Assembly (NCBI GenBank): GCA_965279375.1
Contig: OZ257156.1
Location: forward strand, 672,001-736,000
From: Gemmatimonas sp.
GTDB taxonomy: Bacteria > Gemmatimonadota > Gemmatimonadetes > Gemmatimonadales > Gemmatimonadaceae
Direction: 5' to 3'
Length of the DNA stretch: 64,000 nt
The position numbers were made by a program, and so were the translations under genes. Below, piece by piece: positions 20,207 to 30,746 of this stretch (position 1 is the first letter of the stretch; each line of letters begins with the position of its first letter). The notes below the pieces were generated by a model that was given only the letters and a program-made list of their open reading frames with translations, was not told where the DNA came from and searched no databases.

Positions 20207-21691
20207 CTAACGACGCGTCGCCGGCGCGCCACCCGCGGCGCGAACGGTGAGTGCCTTGCCCGCATAGCGCGCCGGGCTGACGCTGCGGACGCGTGTCGCC
20301 ACGCGAGTCGTTCCCGTGGGAACGATGACTTCGACGTCCACGGCGGCCATGGTGCGGAGCCCCACGTGCACCGGCATGTCGCTCTGCGCGTTGTAGCCGG
20401 AGCCGGCGTCCACGAGGCGCGTGGCGAGCAATCGCCGAGTGCCTGCGGCATACACGCGCACTTCAGCACCCGCGCGCGTGGCACGCCCATTGGCATCGAG
20501 CACACGAATCTGCAGCGAGCGACGCGCCACGGCGGCCGGGAGCGCATTGCGCAGCAGTGCGTGCGTGGCATCGGCGCGTGAGCCCGCCAACGCGAGATCG
20601 AGTGCACCATCGCCGTCCACGTCGGCCCACTGCACACCGTGGCTCGACTGCAGCGCGAGGATATTCGCGGGCGTGACATCGGCGTATGCGCTTCCCGACT
20701 GATGAAGCAGATAGTCGCGAAAGCTCTCCGTCGCGGAGACGGTACCGTTCACGTACAGGTCGAGCAGGCCGTCGTTATCGATGTCGGCGAAGGCGCAGGT
20801 GTCGTAGTGTCCATCGATGGCCACGCCCCAACTCGCACTGACGTCGTCGAACGCGCCACCATCGCGTCCGAGAAAGAGACCGTTCGGTCCGTAGTTGGCG
20901 GAGAACAGGTCGAAGCGACCGTCATTGTTCACGTCGGCAACGCACGGACGCACCGTGCCACTGGTTGCGACGCGCGGCGCACGCCCACCCCACGCCAGTC
21001 CAACGGAGTCGGCGATGTCGGTGAAGCGGCCGCCGTCGTTGCGAAAGAATCCGTTCGCATCGCCGTCCTGATTGGCGACGTAGAGATCGAAGTCCCCGTC
21101 CTGCTGATAGTCGAACCAGACCGCGCCGACGCTCTTGCGCGTGTCGGCGAGGCCGACCGAGGGCGCGATGTCGGTGAAGACGCCAGCATCATTGCGATAG
21201 AGCGCATTGGCGCGATCGCGAAAGGCCACGAACAAATCCAGATCGCCGTCGCCGTCAACATCAATGAACACCGGCTGACGCACCGCACCCGTCGCAACGA
21301 TGAGCCCCGACGCATCGGTGATGTCGGCAAAGTGCCCCGCATCGTTGCGATAGAGTCGCAGAACGGGTCCGGCCCCAGGCGCAAAACCAATCAGCAGGTC
21401 GGGGTCACCGTCGGCATCCACGTCACTCCACGCCGCAGCACGCGTCGCGCGCGCATCCGAAACGCCAGCCGCTGCTGCGATCTCGCGAAAGACGCCACCG
21501 CGATTCTCGTAGAGCCGATTGGGCGCGCCGTTGAAGCCAACGAAAAGATCGAGGTCGCCATCGCCGTCGATGTCGGCGAACGCATTCGACAGCGTACCAC
21601 CGGTCGAAAAGAGTTCGGGCTGCAGCGGAACGAACGCCGGCGGCGCCGCGAGCAGCACGACGACGCCGAGCGCCTGACAGAGCGATCGCAC
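20207..21691 (-). CDS. CRTAC1/ASPIC-UnbV family FG-GAP (VCBS) repeat protein
   Basis: About seven DxDGDGDxDL repeats; C-terminal GSGYNAQSDMPVHVGL; likely GTG start at 21691. Confidence 0.88.
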   Translation of the reverse strand: MRSLCQALGVVVLLAAPPAFVPLQPELFSTGGTLSNAFADIDGDGDLDLFVGFNGAPNRLYENRGGVFREIAAAAGVSDARATRAAAWSDVDADGDPDLLIGFAPGAGPVLRLYRNDAGHFADITDASGLIVATGAVRQPVFIDVDGDGDLDLFVAFRDRANALYRNDAGVFTDIAPSVGLADTRKSVGAVWFDYQQDGDFDLYVANQDGDANGFFRNDGGRFTDIADSVGLAWGGRAPRVATSGTVRPCVADVNNDGRFDLFSANYGPNGLFLGRDGGAFDDVSASWGVAIDGHYDTCAFADIDNDGLLDLYVNGTVSATESFRDYLLHQSGSAYADVTPANILALQSSHGVQWADVDGDGALDLALAGSRADATHALLRNALPAAVARRSLQIRVLDANGRATRAGAEVRVYAAGTRRLLATRLVDAGSGYNAQSDMPVHVGLRTMAAVDVEVIVPTGTTRVATRVRSVSPARYAGKALTVRAAGGAPATRR

Positions 21692-21757
21692 GCGGCGACC
21701 AGTTGAGCTCGCCCCGCTTCGGTGGAGCCTCCATCGCTGCGTGAGAGGCGCTGTCCG

Positions 21758-21898
21758 CGACGCCCCGTCGTCCCACTGCTTTAACGCCGCCATGATTCGA
21801 GCCTCCGTGAACAAACTCTTCCGCATGTGTCCGCCTCAAACTGCGACAAACATGCACTTTCGAGCGGGGACTCGCGAGGCAACGATAGGAGGCCTATA
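21758..21898 (-). mobile_element. IS3-family (IS407-like) left-end remnant: first ~23 codons of transposase OrfA
   Basis: MRKSLFTEARIMAALKQWDDG resembles the IS3 OrfA start MRKSRFTEEQIIxILKExEAG; GAGG RBS; similarity ends abruptly. Confidence 0.6.
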
Positions 21899-22028
21899 CT
21901 CTGCGCATTGCCATTGAAATTCCGCTCCTGCCGTCAGAGGTCAGCCGCCGGTTCATTCGTAGCGGATGACCTTGCAAACGGCGGCTCGCAGAGTCCTGCG
22001 ACCCCACTCGTCGCTGTGAGGTGCTGCA

Positions 22029-25000
22029 ATGATCTCCTTTCGCATCGATGGTTTCGTTGGCGTTGCCGAAACCCGTGTGCCGCTACCGGGGCTTTTCCTG
22101 AAGGCCTACGACAAGGATCTGATCTTCGATGATGTGCTCGGCTCCGCCGTCAGCGACGCGCAGGGGCGTTTCTCGATCGTCACGGAGTTGCGCGACTTTC
22201 GCGAGTTCTTCGACGCACAGCCCGACGTCTACCTGAAGGTCTTCGACCGTGCCGGCGGCCGGCTGCTCTACTCGACTGAAAACCGCACACGCTGGAACGT
22301 GGGGCGCTCCGAGTTCTTCGAGCTGCTGCTGCCTCGCGATGTATTCGGCGGCGACGGCGGGCGGCCGGAACTGCAACTGGTTGATGAGCGCGGCGCGCCG
22401 CGCATCGACTACGACGCCGGCGAGTCGATCACCATCGCGTTGCGCGGCTTGGCCGCCGTCCGCAGCCATGACGTGACGCTGCTCGACGGCGATCGACCCC
22501 TGTTCACGAGCACGCTGCTCACTGACGCCAACGGCGAGATCGAACCCACGGTCTTGTGGCCGCAGTTCGGCCTCGTGGATCTGGTGAGTGGAACGCGCTA
22601 CACGGTCGATGAAGCGCAGCGCCTCTGGCAGGGACGCCGGCTCGGTCTGCAGGTGCGAGCCGAGGGCAAACTGCTGCTCGAGACGACGGTCCCTGTGGCC
22701 GAAGCCGCCTCACGCGCGGTGCTGATGAACGCAGACCACGACGGTCGCGTGCGCAACGGCTTCGAAATCGGCGACGAAGACGCCATCCTCGCCGCGTATC
22801 GACTGCCGTTCGTGGGCACGGCACGGATCTATCTGGTGCAAAGGCAGATCGGCTGGTTTCCCGGCGACCTCTTCGAGCCGGTGACGCTCGTGAGCGGGCG
22901 TGCCGCGTACGCCGACGCGGTGGTCCGGCCCGACGGCGCGCTGCTGCAACGCGTAGCCGAGGCCACAGAGCTTCTGCCCGGTGCCTACGACTACATCGTG
23001 CGCCCGTTGCGTTATGGCTGGGAAGACGACGAAGACTTCGTGCTGCGAGCGACCGACTTCGCGACCCACCTCAACACCGGGCTGGTCGTGCGCTGGAAGT
23101 TCATGTCGTGGAAGGCCGTACTCGGCGGCTGCACCAACACCCAGAGCATCAGCGGGCGGACCGTCTCCGGCGCACCGTACTTTCAGTTCGCCGATACCTT
23201 CGAGTTGGGCGAGAACATCTACGGCGCGCTCGACCCGAGCGCTTTGATGCCGGGGCAGAAGGGCAAGATGGTCGCGCTCTATGTCGTCAAGCGCCCGGTG
23301 GCCGACTACACCAACCTCGCCCATCTGCCGCAACTCGGCGGCAACGCGGCCGTGCAGAAGTTCCTCACCCAGACCGATTGCATCAACCACAACAAGCGGC
23401 TGCTCTGGCCGAACGCCAACGAAGAAGGCGAGTACGACATCGTCGCCGACTTCGGCAACGACAGCCCGGACCCGATGGCCTTCGTGTCGGATCAGGCCTT
23501 CAACGAGCCGCTGGACCTGGTCGATGGCAAGCTCGTGGCGGGTTTCCGCATCGTGCGCGACCCGGGCACCGCGACGAACCCCGCCATCGCGCATGTTGGC
23601 TCGCACGACTACGACCAATCCACGCAAGGCACAATCACGGTCGCCGATCCACAGGCTGACATCCTTTCTCCGGTCACCGTGAACCTGATCGCCGAGGTGC
23701 GCTTTCCGGCCGATCAGCCCGGCGTCACGAACCCAGCGCTCGCCAGCAGTGCGCAGCCGAGCTATCCGCTGATTGTGTGTGTGCACGGCAACGGGCACGT
23801 GTTCGGCAACTACACCTATCTGCTCGAACACTGGGCGCGCAACGGTTTCATCGTCGCCAGCATCCACCTGAACACCGGGATGGCAGGCGAAGGGCGCGCA
23901 CGCGTGCTGTTCAAGCACATCGAGATCCTGAAGGCCAAGTTCGGCACGCGCCTACAGGACAACATCGGCATCATGGGTCACAGCCGCGGCGGCGAAGGCG
24001 TGGTCTCGGCGGCGCGGCTGAACAAGGCGCCCGGACCAGAGCACGGCATCAATGCGATCATTTCGCTGGCGCCAACCGACCAGTACACCAACGAGTCACT
24101 CGCCGGTGCTTGGGCGACACCGTTCCTGGTCATGCACGGCGCCATGGACGGCGACGTGGCCGATCCCGGCTTCATGGGCTTCTCACTTTACGACCGCGCG
24201 AACGGCGAGCCAAAGAGCATGCTCTGGCTCTACGGCGCCAACCACAATCGCTTCAACGAGGTGAGTCCCGACGCTGACCTCTCCTTCGGCAAACTGAGCC
24301 CGGCAAGCGACTTCCCGAAGATCATGCAGCAGGCCGCCCACAGGACCACTGCCCAAGCGTACATGACAGCCTTCTTCCGCTGGCACCTGCAAGGCGCCGG
24401 TGAGTTCCAGGGCCTGTTCAAGGGCGAGTGGGTGCCGTCGTCGGTGGCGCAGGCGGAGCCGACCCTGAACAAGATCTACGTGCAGTACGGCGACAAGACC
24501 AAGCTCGAGATCGACAATTTCGAGCAGACGCCGCACAACTGGCAGATACCGACGGCGGCCGGCACCGTATCCGACGGCGGCACGCTGCCGGCGCCGCCGC
24601 AGGAGGACCGGCTCTCGATCCTCGATTCGCAGTCGCCGCACGACACGAGCGGCTTGCTGCTGCGCTGGAACGACTTCGGCGACAAGCTCGAATACACGCC
24701 CGCCGCGCCGATCAACGCGAGCGCGTTTTCGGTCATCTCCTTCCGTGCCGGTCAGAAGGTGGGTAGCGCAGAGAACGCCGCCGGCCAGGTGCAGGACTTG
24801 TACGTGACACTCAAGGACGCCGCCAACAAGAGCCGTTCGATCCGCGTCGATGCCTTCGGCAAAATCCCGCCGCAACAGCAGCGCGGCTTCGGACAGTTCA
24901 CCCTCTCGGCGATGTCCACGATCCGTGTACCGCTGCATGTCTATCGCACCGAGGTCATCAACACGCAGAAGGTCGACCTGACCCAGATCACCGCCATCGC

Positions 25001-25064
25001 GTTTGACTTCAAGGTGCGCGCCAAGGGCGAGGTCGCGATCGACAGCATCGAGTTCAGCAACTGA
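22029..25064 (+). CDS. Large multidomain hypothetical protein with alpha/beta-hydrolase domain
   Basis: N-terminal transthyretin-like segment (YDKDLIFDDVLG...PDVYLKV); VHGN, GHSRGG, HGAMDGDV, GANHNRF; beta-rich C-terminus; no signal peptide. Confidence 0.85.
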   Translation: MISFRIDGFVGVAETRVPLPGLFLKAYDKDLIFDDVLGSAVSDAQGRFSIVTELRDFREFFDAQPDVYLKVFDRAGGRLLYSTENRTRWNVGRSEFFELLLPRDVFGGDGGRPELQLVDERGAPRIDYDAGESITIALRGLAAVRSHDVTLLDGDRPLFTSTLLTDANGEIEPTVLWPQFGLVDLVSGTRYTVDEAQRLWQGRRLGLQVRAEGKLLLETTVPVAEAASRAVLMNADHDGRVRNGFEIGDEDAILAAYRLPFVGTARIYLVQRQIGWFPGDLFEPVTLVSGRAAYADAVVRPDGALLQRVAEATELLPGAYDYIVRPLRYGWEDDEDFVLRATDFATHLNTGLVVRWKFMSWKAVLGGCTNTQSISGRTVSGAPYFQFADTFELGENIYGALDPSALMPGQKGKMVALYVVKRPVADYTNLAHLPQLGGNAAVQKFLTQTDCINHNKRLLWPNANEEGEYDIVADFGNDSPDPMAFVSDQAFNEPLDLVDGKLVAGFRIVRDPGTATNPAIAHVGSHDYDQSTQGTITVADPQADILSPVTVNLIAEVRFPADQPGVTNPALASSAQPSYPLIVCVHGNGHVFGNYTYLLEHWARNGFIVASIHLNTGMAGEGRARVLFKHIEILKAKFGTRLQDNIGIMGHSRGGEGVVSAARLNKAPGPEHGINAIISLAPTDQYTNESLAGAWATPFLVMHGAMDGDVADPGFMGFSLYDRANGEPKSMLWLYGANHNRFNEVSPDADLSFGKLSPASDFPKIMQQAAHRTTAQAYMTAFFRWHLQGAGEFQGLFKGEWVPSSVAQAEPTLNKIYVQYGDKTKLEIDNFEQTPHNWQIPTAAGTVSDGGTLPAPPQEDRLSILDSQSPHDTSGLLLRWNDFGDKLEYTPAAPINASAFSVISFRAGQKVGSAENAAGQVQDLYVTLKDAANKSRSIRVDAFGKIPPQQQRGFGQFTLSAMSTIRVPLHVYRTEVINTQKVDLTQITAIAFDFKVRAKGEVAIDSIEFSN

Positions 25065-25101
25065 ACGGCAATCCAGCCGTCACCCTCTGGAGGACACGAC
25101 C

Positions 25102-25500
25102 GTGTTCGCGAACCTCATCCGCTATCCGATCGAAAGCGACCTGCTGCACTGGGAGGCCAAGGTCGTCGTGCGCGACAACGACAGTAAGCCGAGCTTGTAT
25201 CTGCGTCTCAAGCTGACGGGCACCGCGTTCCCGATCATGGACTCGCTGCCGTTCGTGCGCATCGGCGGCGTGCGTGCGCGCTTTGTCGAAATCGCCGACG
25301 ACCGTGCCTCGGTCAAGGCCTACTTCGAGACGGCACCACCCGGCCGGGGCCGCGTCGAGTTTGGCTACGATGAACGTGCCCTGCTGCGCTTCCCACGTGC
25401 CTATGCGCGCGCCTCCGTGGAGCGGCTCGACGAAGCGCGTCTGCCCGCGGCCCTGCGCTATCAGGGACGTCTGCTCGGCGGCGCGCGGCGACCCGATTGA
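25102..25500 (+). CDS. Hypothetical protein, probably co-transcribed with the 1011-aa gene
   Basis: GGAGG RBS then GTG, 37 nt after upstream stop; same codon bias. Confidence 0.75.
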   Translation: MFANLIRYPIESDLLHWEAKVVVRDNDSKPSLYLRLKLTGTAFPIMDSLPFVRIGGVRARFVEIADDRASVKAYFETAPPGRGRVEFGYDERALLRFPRAYARASVERLDEARLPAALRYQGRLLGGARRPD

Positions 25501-25589
25501 GGTTTGGGACCGAGCTAGCGTTCGGCGGAAGACGCGCGCGACACAGCGCAATACAGCGCAACAGATCGCGCTGAGCGTGTCGCGTCGCC

Positions 25590-26055
25590 CTAAGCGTCGC
25601 CCAGCCGCTCTCCTTCATCTCCACCTTCCCCTGCACGTCGGAATGCTGCCACCGCCGCGACGATGGCCGTCCGGCGCGCGGCGTCTGTGCGCCACAGCGC
25701 GTACACATGGCGTGTGAGCGCTGGCTCCACGCACACGACACGCACGCTGTCGGGAACCGCGCCGCGCCCGAGCCGCGGCAAGACCGCCACGCCAAGACCG
25801 GCGCCGACGAGCGAGAGCTGCGTCGCCTACTCCAACGCGAAGTGCTGCACGCGCGGTTCGCGCCCGCGTGCGCAAAGCGTCTGCATCAACCAATCGTGGC
25901 AGATCGATCCGTCCTGCCAGGAAATCCACGCCTCGCCCGCCAGATCGGTCAGCGAGACAGTCCCGATCGACGCCAACGAATGCCCCTGCGGCAGCGCGAC
26001 AGCGGCGATGTCATCGTACACCGGCGTTCGCCCGAGGCAATCCGGCACCGACAAC
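25590..26055 (-). pseudogene. LysR-family regulator, substrate-binding-domain remnant
   Basis: VALPQGHSLA..SLTDLAGEAWI..EPRVQH..E*ATQLSLVGAGLGVAVLPRLG; internal TAG at 25827-25829; HTH absent. Confidence 0.85.
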
Positions 26056-26476
26056 GGCCGGTACTGCACGCGCAGCATCTGTCGGTGACGCCAACGTCGC
26101 CACTTCGCCCGAACCAGCCGGGGTCGGCCGTCAAGCCGGAGACGGCGCCGCAGGCGGGTGAGCCGATCTTCCAGAAGTCCGTGAACAGCGCATTCATCGG
26201 GACCACCCTGGAGGCGCATCTCCGTGCGAACCACCTGCAGCAACTCGTGATTGTCGGTCTCACCCGGATCACTGCGTCTCGACCACCACGCGCATGGCCG
26301 CAAACCTGGGCTTCACTGCGACTGTCGTGTCGGATGCGACCGCCACGCATGACCGTCACGGTCCCGATGGCGAGCGCCTCGTCGCCGACGACGTGCATCG
26401 CTTTGCGCTGGCCAGTTTGCATGGCGAGTTCGCGGATGTGCGAACGACCGCCGAGGTCCTCGCCAGCTTGGTCTGA
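26042..26476 (+). pseudogene. Isochorismatase/cysteine hydrolase remnant
   Basis: RPVLHAQH..SPLRP..KSVNSAFIGTTLE..VIVGLT / DHCVSTTTRMAANLGF; 1-nt frameshift near 26265; N-terminus missing. Confidence 0.85.
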
Positions 26477-26555
26477 CCGTGACCGCTCTGACGCGGCGTG
26501 TGAGGCAGCGGGTCGACAGACTAGTCGCCGACGGGGCTTTGGCGTAGCATCGAGC

Positions 26556-27452
26556 GTGCCCGAGCTCCCGGATATCACCGTCTATCAGGACGCACTCACG
26601 CGCCGAGTCGTTGGCCAGACGCTGACGCAGCTGCACGTTGCCAATCCGTTCGTGCTCCGCTCGGTCGAGCCACCGCTCTCGGCGTTTCTCGAGCGCGCGG
26701 TCACAGGCGTCGAGCGACTTGGGAAGCGATTGGTGCTGGCGTTCGACGACGGTGCCGCTGAGCATGCGCAGTTCCTCGTCATTCACCTGATGATCGCGGG
26801 ACGACTGCGCTGGTTGGCGCCGGGCAAGAAGGCGCCGGCCAAGCTGGGGCTGGCCACGTTCGTGTTCGATCACGGCTCGTTCGTGCTCACCGAAGCAGGC
26901 TCGAAACGACGCGCCTCACTCACCGCCGTCTCCGGGCGCAGCGCGCTCGCGGCGATGGAACGTGGTGGCCTCGACGTCTTCGCGTCGTCGGACGCTGCAC
27001 TGATTGCGCGACTGCGAAGCGAGAATCACACGCTCAAGCGCGCGCTCACCGATCCGCGACTGTTCGACGGCATCGGTAACGCGTACTCGGACGAAATCCT
27101 GCACGCGGCGCGGCTCTCACCGCTGATGCTCACCTCGCGACTGGACGACGAGACCGCAGCGCGACTGATCGACGCCACGCGCGACACGCTTACGAAGTGG
27201 ATCGCACTGCTGCGCGACGAAGTGGGCGACGGTTGGCCAGAGAAAGTCACCGCCTTTCGCCCGGAGATGGCGGTGCACGGCCGATTTGAGTTGCCCTGTC
27301 CCGTCTGCAACGCGCCAGTGCAGCGCATTCGCTATGCGGACAACGAAACGAACTACTGCGCGCGCTGCCAAACCAACGGGGTGCGCCTCGCCGACCGCGC
27401 CATGTCGCGCCTGCTCAAGAGTGACTGGCCGCGTTCACTCGATGAGCTGTAA
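26556..27452 (+). CDS. Fpg/Nei (MutM-like) DNA glycosylase
   Basis: Starts PELPD; RLGKRL, IHLMIAGRL, GIGNAYSDEIL (H2TH), CPVC..YCARCQ zinc finger. Confidence 0.92.
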   Translation: MPELPDITVYQDALTRRVVGQTLTQLHVANPFVLRSVEPPLSAFLERAVTGVERLGKRLVLAFDDGAAEHAQFLVIHLMIAGRLRWLAPGKKAPAKLGLATFVFDHGSFVLTEAGSKRRASLTAVSGRSALAAMERGGLDVFASSDAALIARLRSENHTLKRALTDPRLFDGIGNAYSDEILHAARLSPLMLTSRLDDETAARLIDATRDTLTKWIALLRDEVGDGWPEKVTAFRPEMAVHGRFELPCPVCNAPVQRIRYADNETNYCARCQTNGVRLADRAMSRLLKSDWPRSLDEL

Positions 27453-27464
27453 CGCGCTGATCGA

Positions 27465-27923
27465 CTATCGGATCTCCAGCGCCGCCTGCGCCGCCGTGAG
27501 CTCCGCTCCACCAAAGTCGATCACGGCATAGAGCACGTACGCCCCTTTCGCGAGCGTCGGCATGGCGACGCGCATCTTCCGCACCTTCCCCGCGGCGACC
27601 GAGGCACTGTCGAGCGGAATCGCCAGCAACAGTTCGTCGTCCGCACCGCGCACCTGCACTTCGCCAAAAATCTCTACAGCCTTGCGACCTGTGTTGGCGA
27701 AGATGACTTCGAGCGAGTCGCCCTTCACGTACATGTCTCGCACCTCGCCGTCGACGGTCGAGTCGGCCCCGATGCGCGCGACCGCCCGCGATGGCACCGT
27801 CACAGACTGCCGTGTTGGCGCGGGGGGCGCGGCGTGGGCTGCATGCGCCGGCAACACGAGGGCTACGAGGCCGGCGACGACGGCGGCGATGAGGGCCGCG
27901 GACACGGAGGGGTATGGGCGCAT
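27465..27923 (-). CDS. Hypothetical secreted protein, Ig-like beta-sandwich
   Basis: Signal peptide; FANTG..LAKGAYVLYAVIDFGG. Confidence 0.7.
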   Translation of the reverse strand: MRPYPSVSAALIAAVVAGLVALVLPAHAAHAAPPAPTRQSVTVPSRAVARIGADSTVDGEVRDMYVKGDSLEVIFANTGRKAVEIFGEVQVRGADDELLLAIPLDSASVAAGKVRKMRVAMPTLAKGAYVLYAVIDFGGAELTAAQAALEIR

Positions 27924-28157
27924 GCCAAGCACTGATGGAACTCTGATGCCAGCGCGGCGCGCCACACGGAGTGGAGCGGCTGTTATGCCAGCGGCCCTCC
28001 TCAAGCCCCCGTCCGTTGCAACGCAAGCTTGCACTGTCACGATTCAATTGCTCGAGCTCGCCACAGTTCGCGCTCGATGTCTCGGGAATTGCAACACTGA
28101 TGCACCGCCCCCACAAACCAGCGCCACAGGCGCGAAACGCGGACCATATTTCGCCGC

Positions 28158-28709
28158 ATGACTGATATCACGGTGATCCCGGTGAACTCCCCGGACGACA
28201 TCATTCCGCCCTACCGCGGGACGCCCTTCGAGGAACTCCTCGCCTATCACAACCTCGGCGCGCCGCAGCCCGAGACGACGGGCTCCGCGCGCATGCTCAT
28301 CGTCGCGTGCATGGACAACCGGAAGGAGCTCCATATCCCGCCCGAGTTCGCGTACGTCATTCGCACCGCCGGCGCCAATATCACCGACTCCGAGTTCTCG
28401 ATTTCGTACGCCATCTCGGTGGGCGGTGTGCGACACATCGCGGTGATCGCACACACGCACTGCGGCATGGCGCACGTCGACGAAAAGCGCGATGCGGTCA
28501 TTGCGGGCCTGGTGGAGCATGCCGCGTGGACAGAGGCCGATGCGTCCGCGCACTTCGACGCGCACGTGTCGCACTACCACGTCGGCGATCCCGCGGAGTT
28601 CGCCCTCAGCGAAGCAGTGCGCCTCGACGCGATGTATCCGCCGATCCGCGTGGCCCCGTTTCTCTACAGCGTGGAAGACGATCGCCTGTCGATCCTGCTC
28701 GCGCGATAG
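28158..28709 (+). CDS. Beta-class carbonic anhydrase
   Basis: CMDNR (CxDxR), RTAGAN, HTHCGM (HxxC). Confidence 0.88.
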   Translation: MTDITVIPVNSPDDIIPPYRGTPFEELLAYHNLGAPQPETTGSARMLIVACMDNRKELHIPPEFAYVIRTAGANITDSEFSISYAISVGGVRHIAVIAHTHCGMAHVDEKRDAVIAGLVEHAAWTEADASAHFDAHVSHYHVGDPAEFALSEAVRLDAMYPPIRVAPFLYSVEDDRLSILLAR

Positions 28710-28745
28710 CTTCGAGATAGCGACGAGATAGCAACGAGAAAGCTA
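28702..28745. repeat. Four imperfect tandem 11-bp units (CGAGATAGC-NN) between convergent genes
   Basis: cgcgatagc-tt-cgagatagc-ga-cgagatagc-aa-cgagaaagc-ta. Confidence 0.8.
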
Positions 28746-28955
28746 GGCCTTCTTGAGGAACTCGGTCTTGAGGACGAGTCCCTTCACCTTCTCGGCGTTG
28801 CACTCGATGGCGTCGTCATCATCGGTGACACGGATGTTCTTGATCAGCGTACCGCGCTTGAGCGTGACCGAGGTGCCTTTGACCTTGAGATCCTTGATCA
28901 CGGTGACGGAATCGCCATCGGCGAGCGTGTTGCCGTTGCTGTCCTTCGGAGCCAT
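28743..28955 (-). CDS. PhnA/YjdM C-terminal-domain protein
   Basis: KDSNGNTLADGDSVTVIKDLKVKG..LKTEFLKKA; lacks the N-terminal zinc ribbon. Confidence 0.92.
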   Translation of the reverse strand: MAPKDSNGNTLADGDSVTVIKDLKVKGTSVTLKRGTLIKNIRVTDDDDAIECNAEKVKGLVLKTEFLKKA

Positions 28956-29072
28956 GCGGAGTCCTTGCCGGAGAATCGCGACGCCGTGGTGAGTTGGTGC
29001 GCGACGCGTATCGCAACCTAGTGGTCCCTGACGCGAAACCCCAGCGGCAAGAACCTGACATCGAATGAGACG

Positions 29073-29570
29073 TCAGGTCGAGCGGTCGCTCACTGCGTGT
29101 ACGAACCCAGCGGGATCGTCCACGTGCAGCCCAACGAAGCGCGTTCGCTTTCGAACGCCCTTGAACAGCTCAACACACCCTGCCTCGTCGAGCTGCAGCA
29201 GAACGTTAGGCTCCGCCGGCTTGGTGAGATTGAGCATCCCGTTCCGCACCGCGTCGAGGTCTCGCCAGCCGGGTTGTGATGCGTCTTGCACATCCGTTCT
29301 GGCAATCCGCGCCGTGAAGCGCTTACCGATCGGCAGCTCGATGCGATCGGCGAAGACGCGGATTCGCAGCGTGCCGATGGCGCGGTAGTCGGCGGCGAGC
29401 CACCAGAGCGTAGCCAGCGACGACAGAGTAAGGAGCCACGCCGCCACCGGATGCTTCTGCGCTAGCCAGAGATGTAGGACCGCCGACTCGATGCACAGCA
29501 CGAGCGCCAATCCGGCCATCAGACTGCCAGAACGGGCTGCGCGATACGAGAAGTCGGTCGACTCGGCCAT
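29073..29570 (-). CDS. Hypothetical membrane protein (two TMs plus bPH-like tail)
   Basis: IESAVLHLWL, EPNVLL, LHVDDPAGF. Confidence 0.7.
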   Translation of the reverse strand: MAESTDFSYRAARSGSLMAGLALVLCIESAVLHLWLAQKHPVAAWLLTLSSLATLWWLAADYRAIGTLRIRVFADRIELPIGKRFTARIARTDVQDASQPGWRDLDAVRNGMLNLTKPAEPNVLLQLDEAGCVELFKGVRKRTRFVGLHVDDPAGFVHAVSDRST

Positions 29571-29582
29571 GTGCGCGGTCGG

Positions 29583-30746
<1,164 letters not shown>

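Noticed and set aside
20204..20225. GCCTAAC-gacgc-GTCGCCGG attC-like left half
   Set aside because: It lies on the stop codon and coding end of the convergent FG-GAP gene and has no partner arm; probably chance.
25707..27452. 581-aa ORF suggesting an isochorismatase-MutM fusion
   Set aside because: Fpg/Nei enzymes need Pro2 at the N-terminus (GTG at 26556). The upstream open frame is antisense LysR sequence plus frameshifted pseudogene sequence.
28702..28745. Possible mini-CRISPR
   Set aside because: 9-bp units with 2-nt spacers and no cas genes; not CRISPR geometry.
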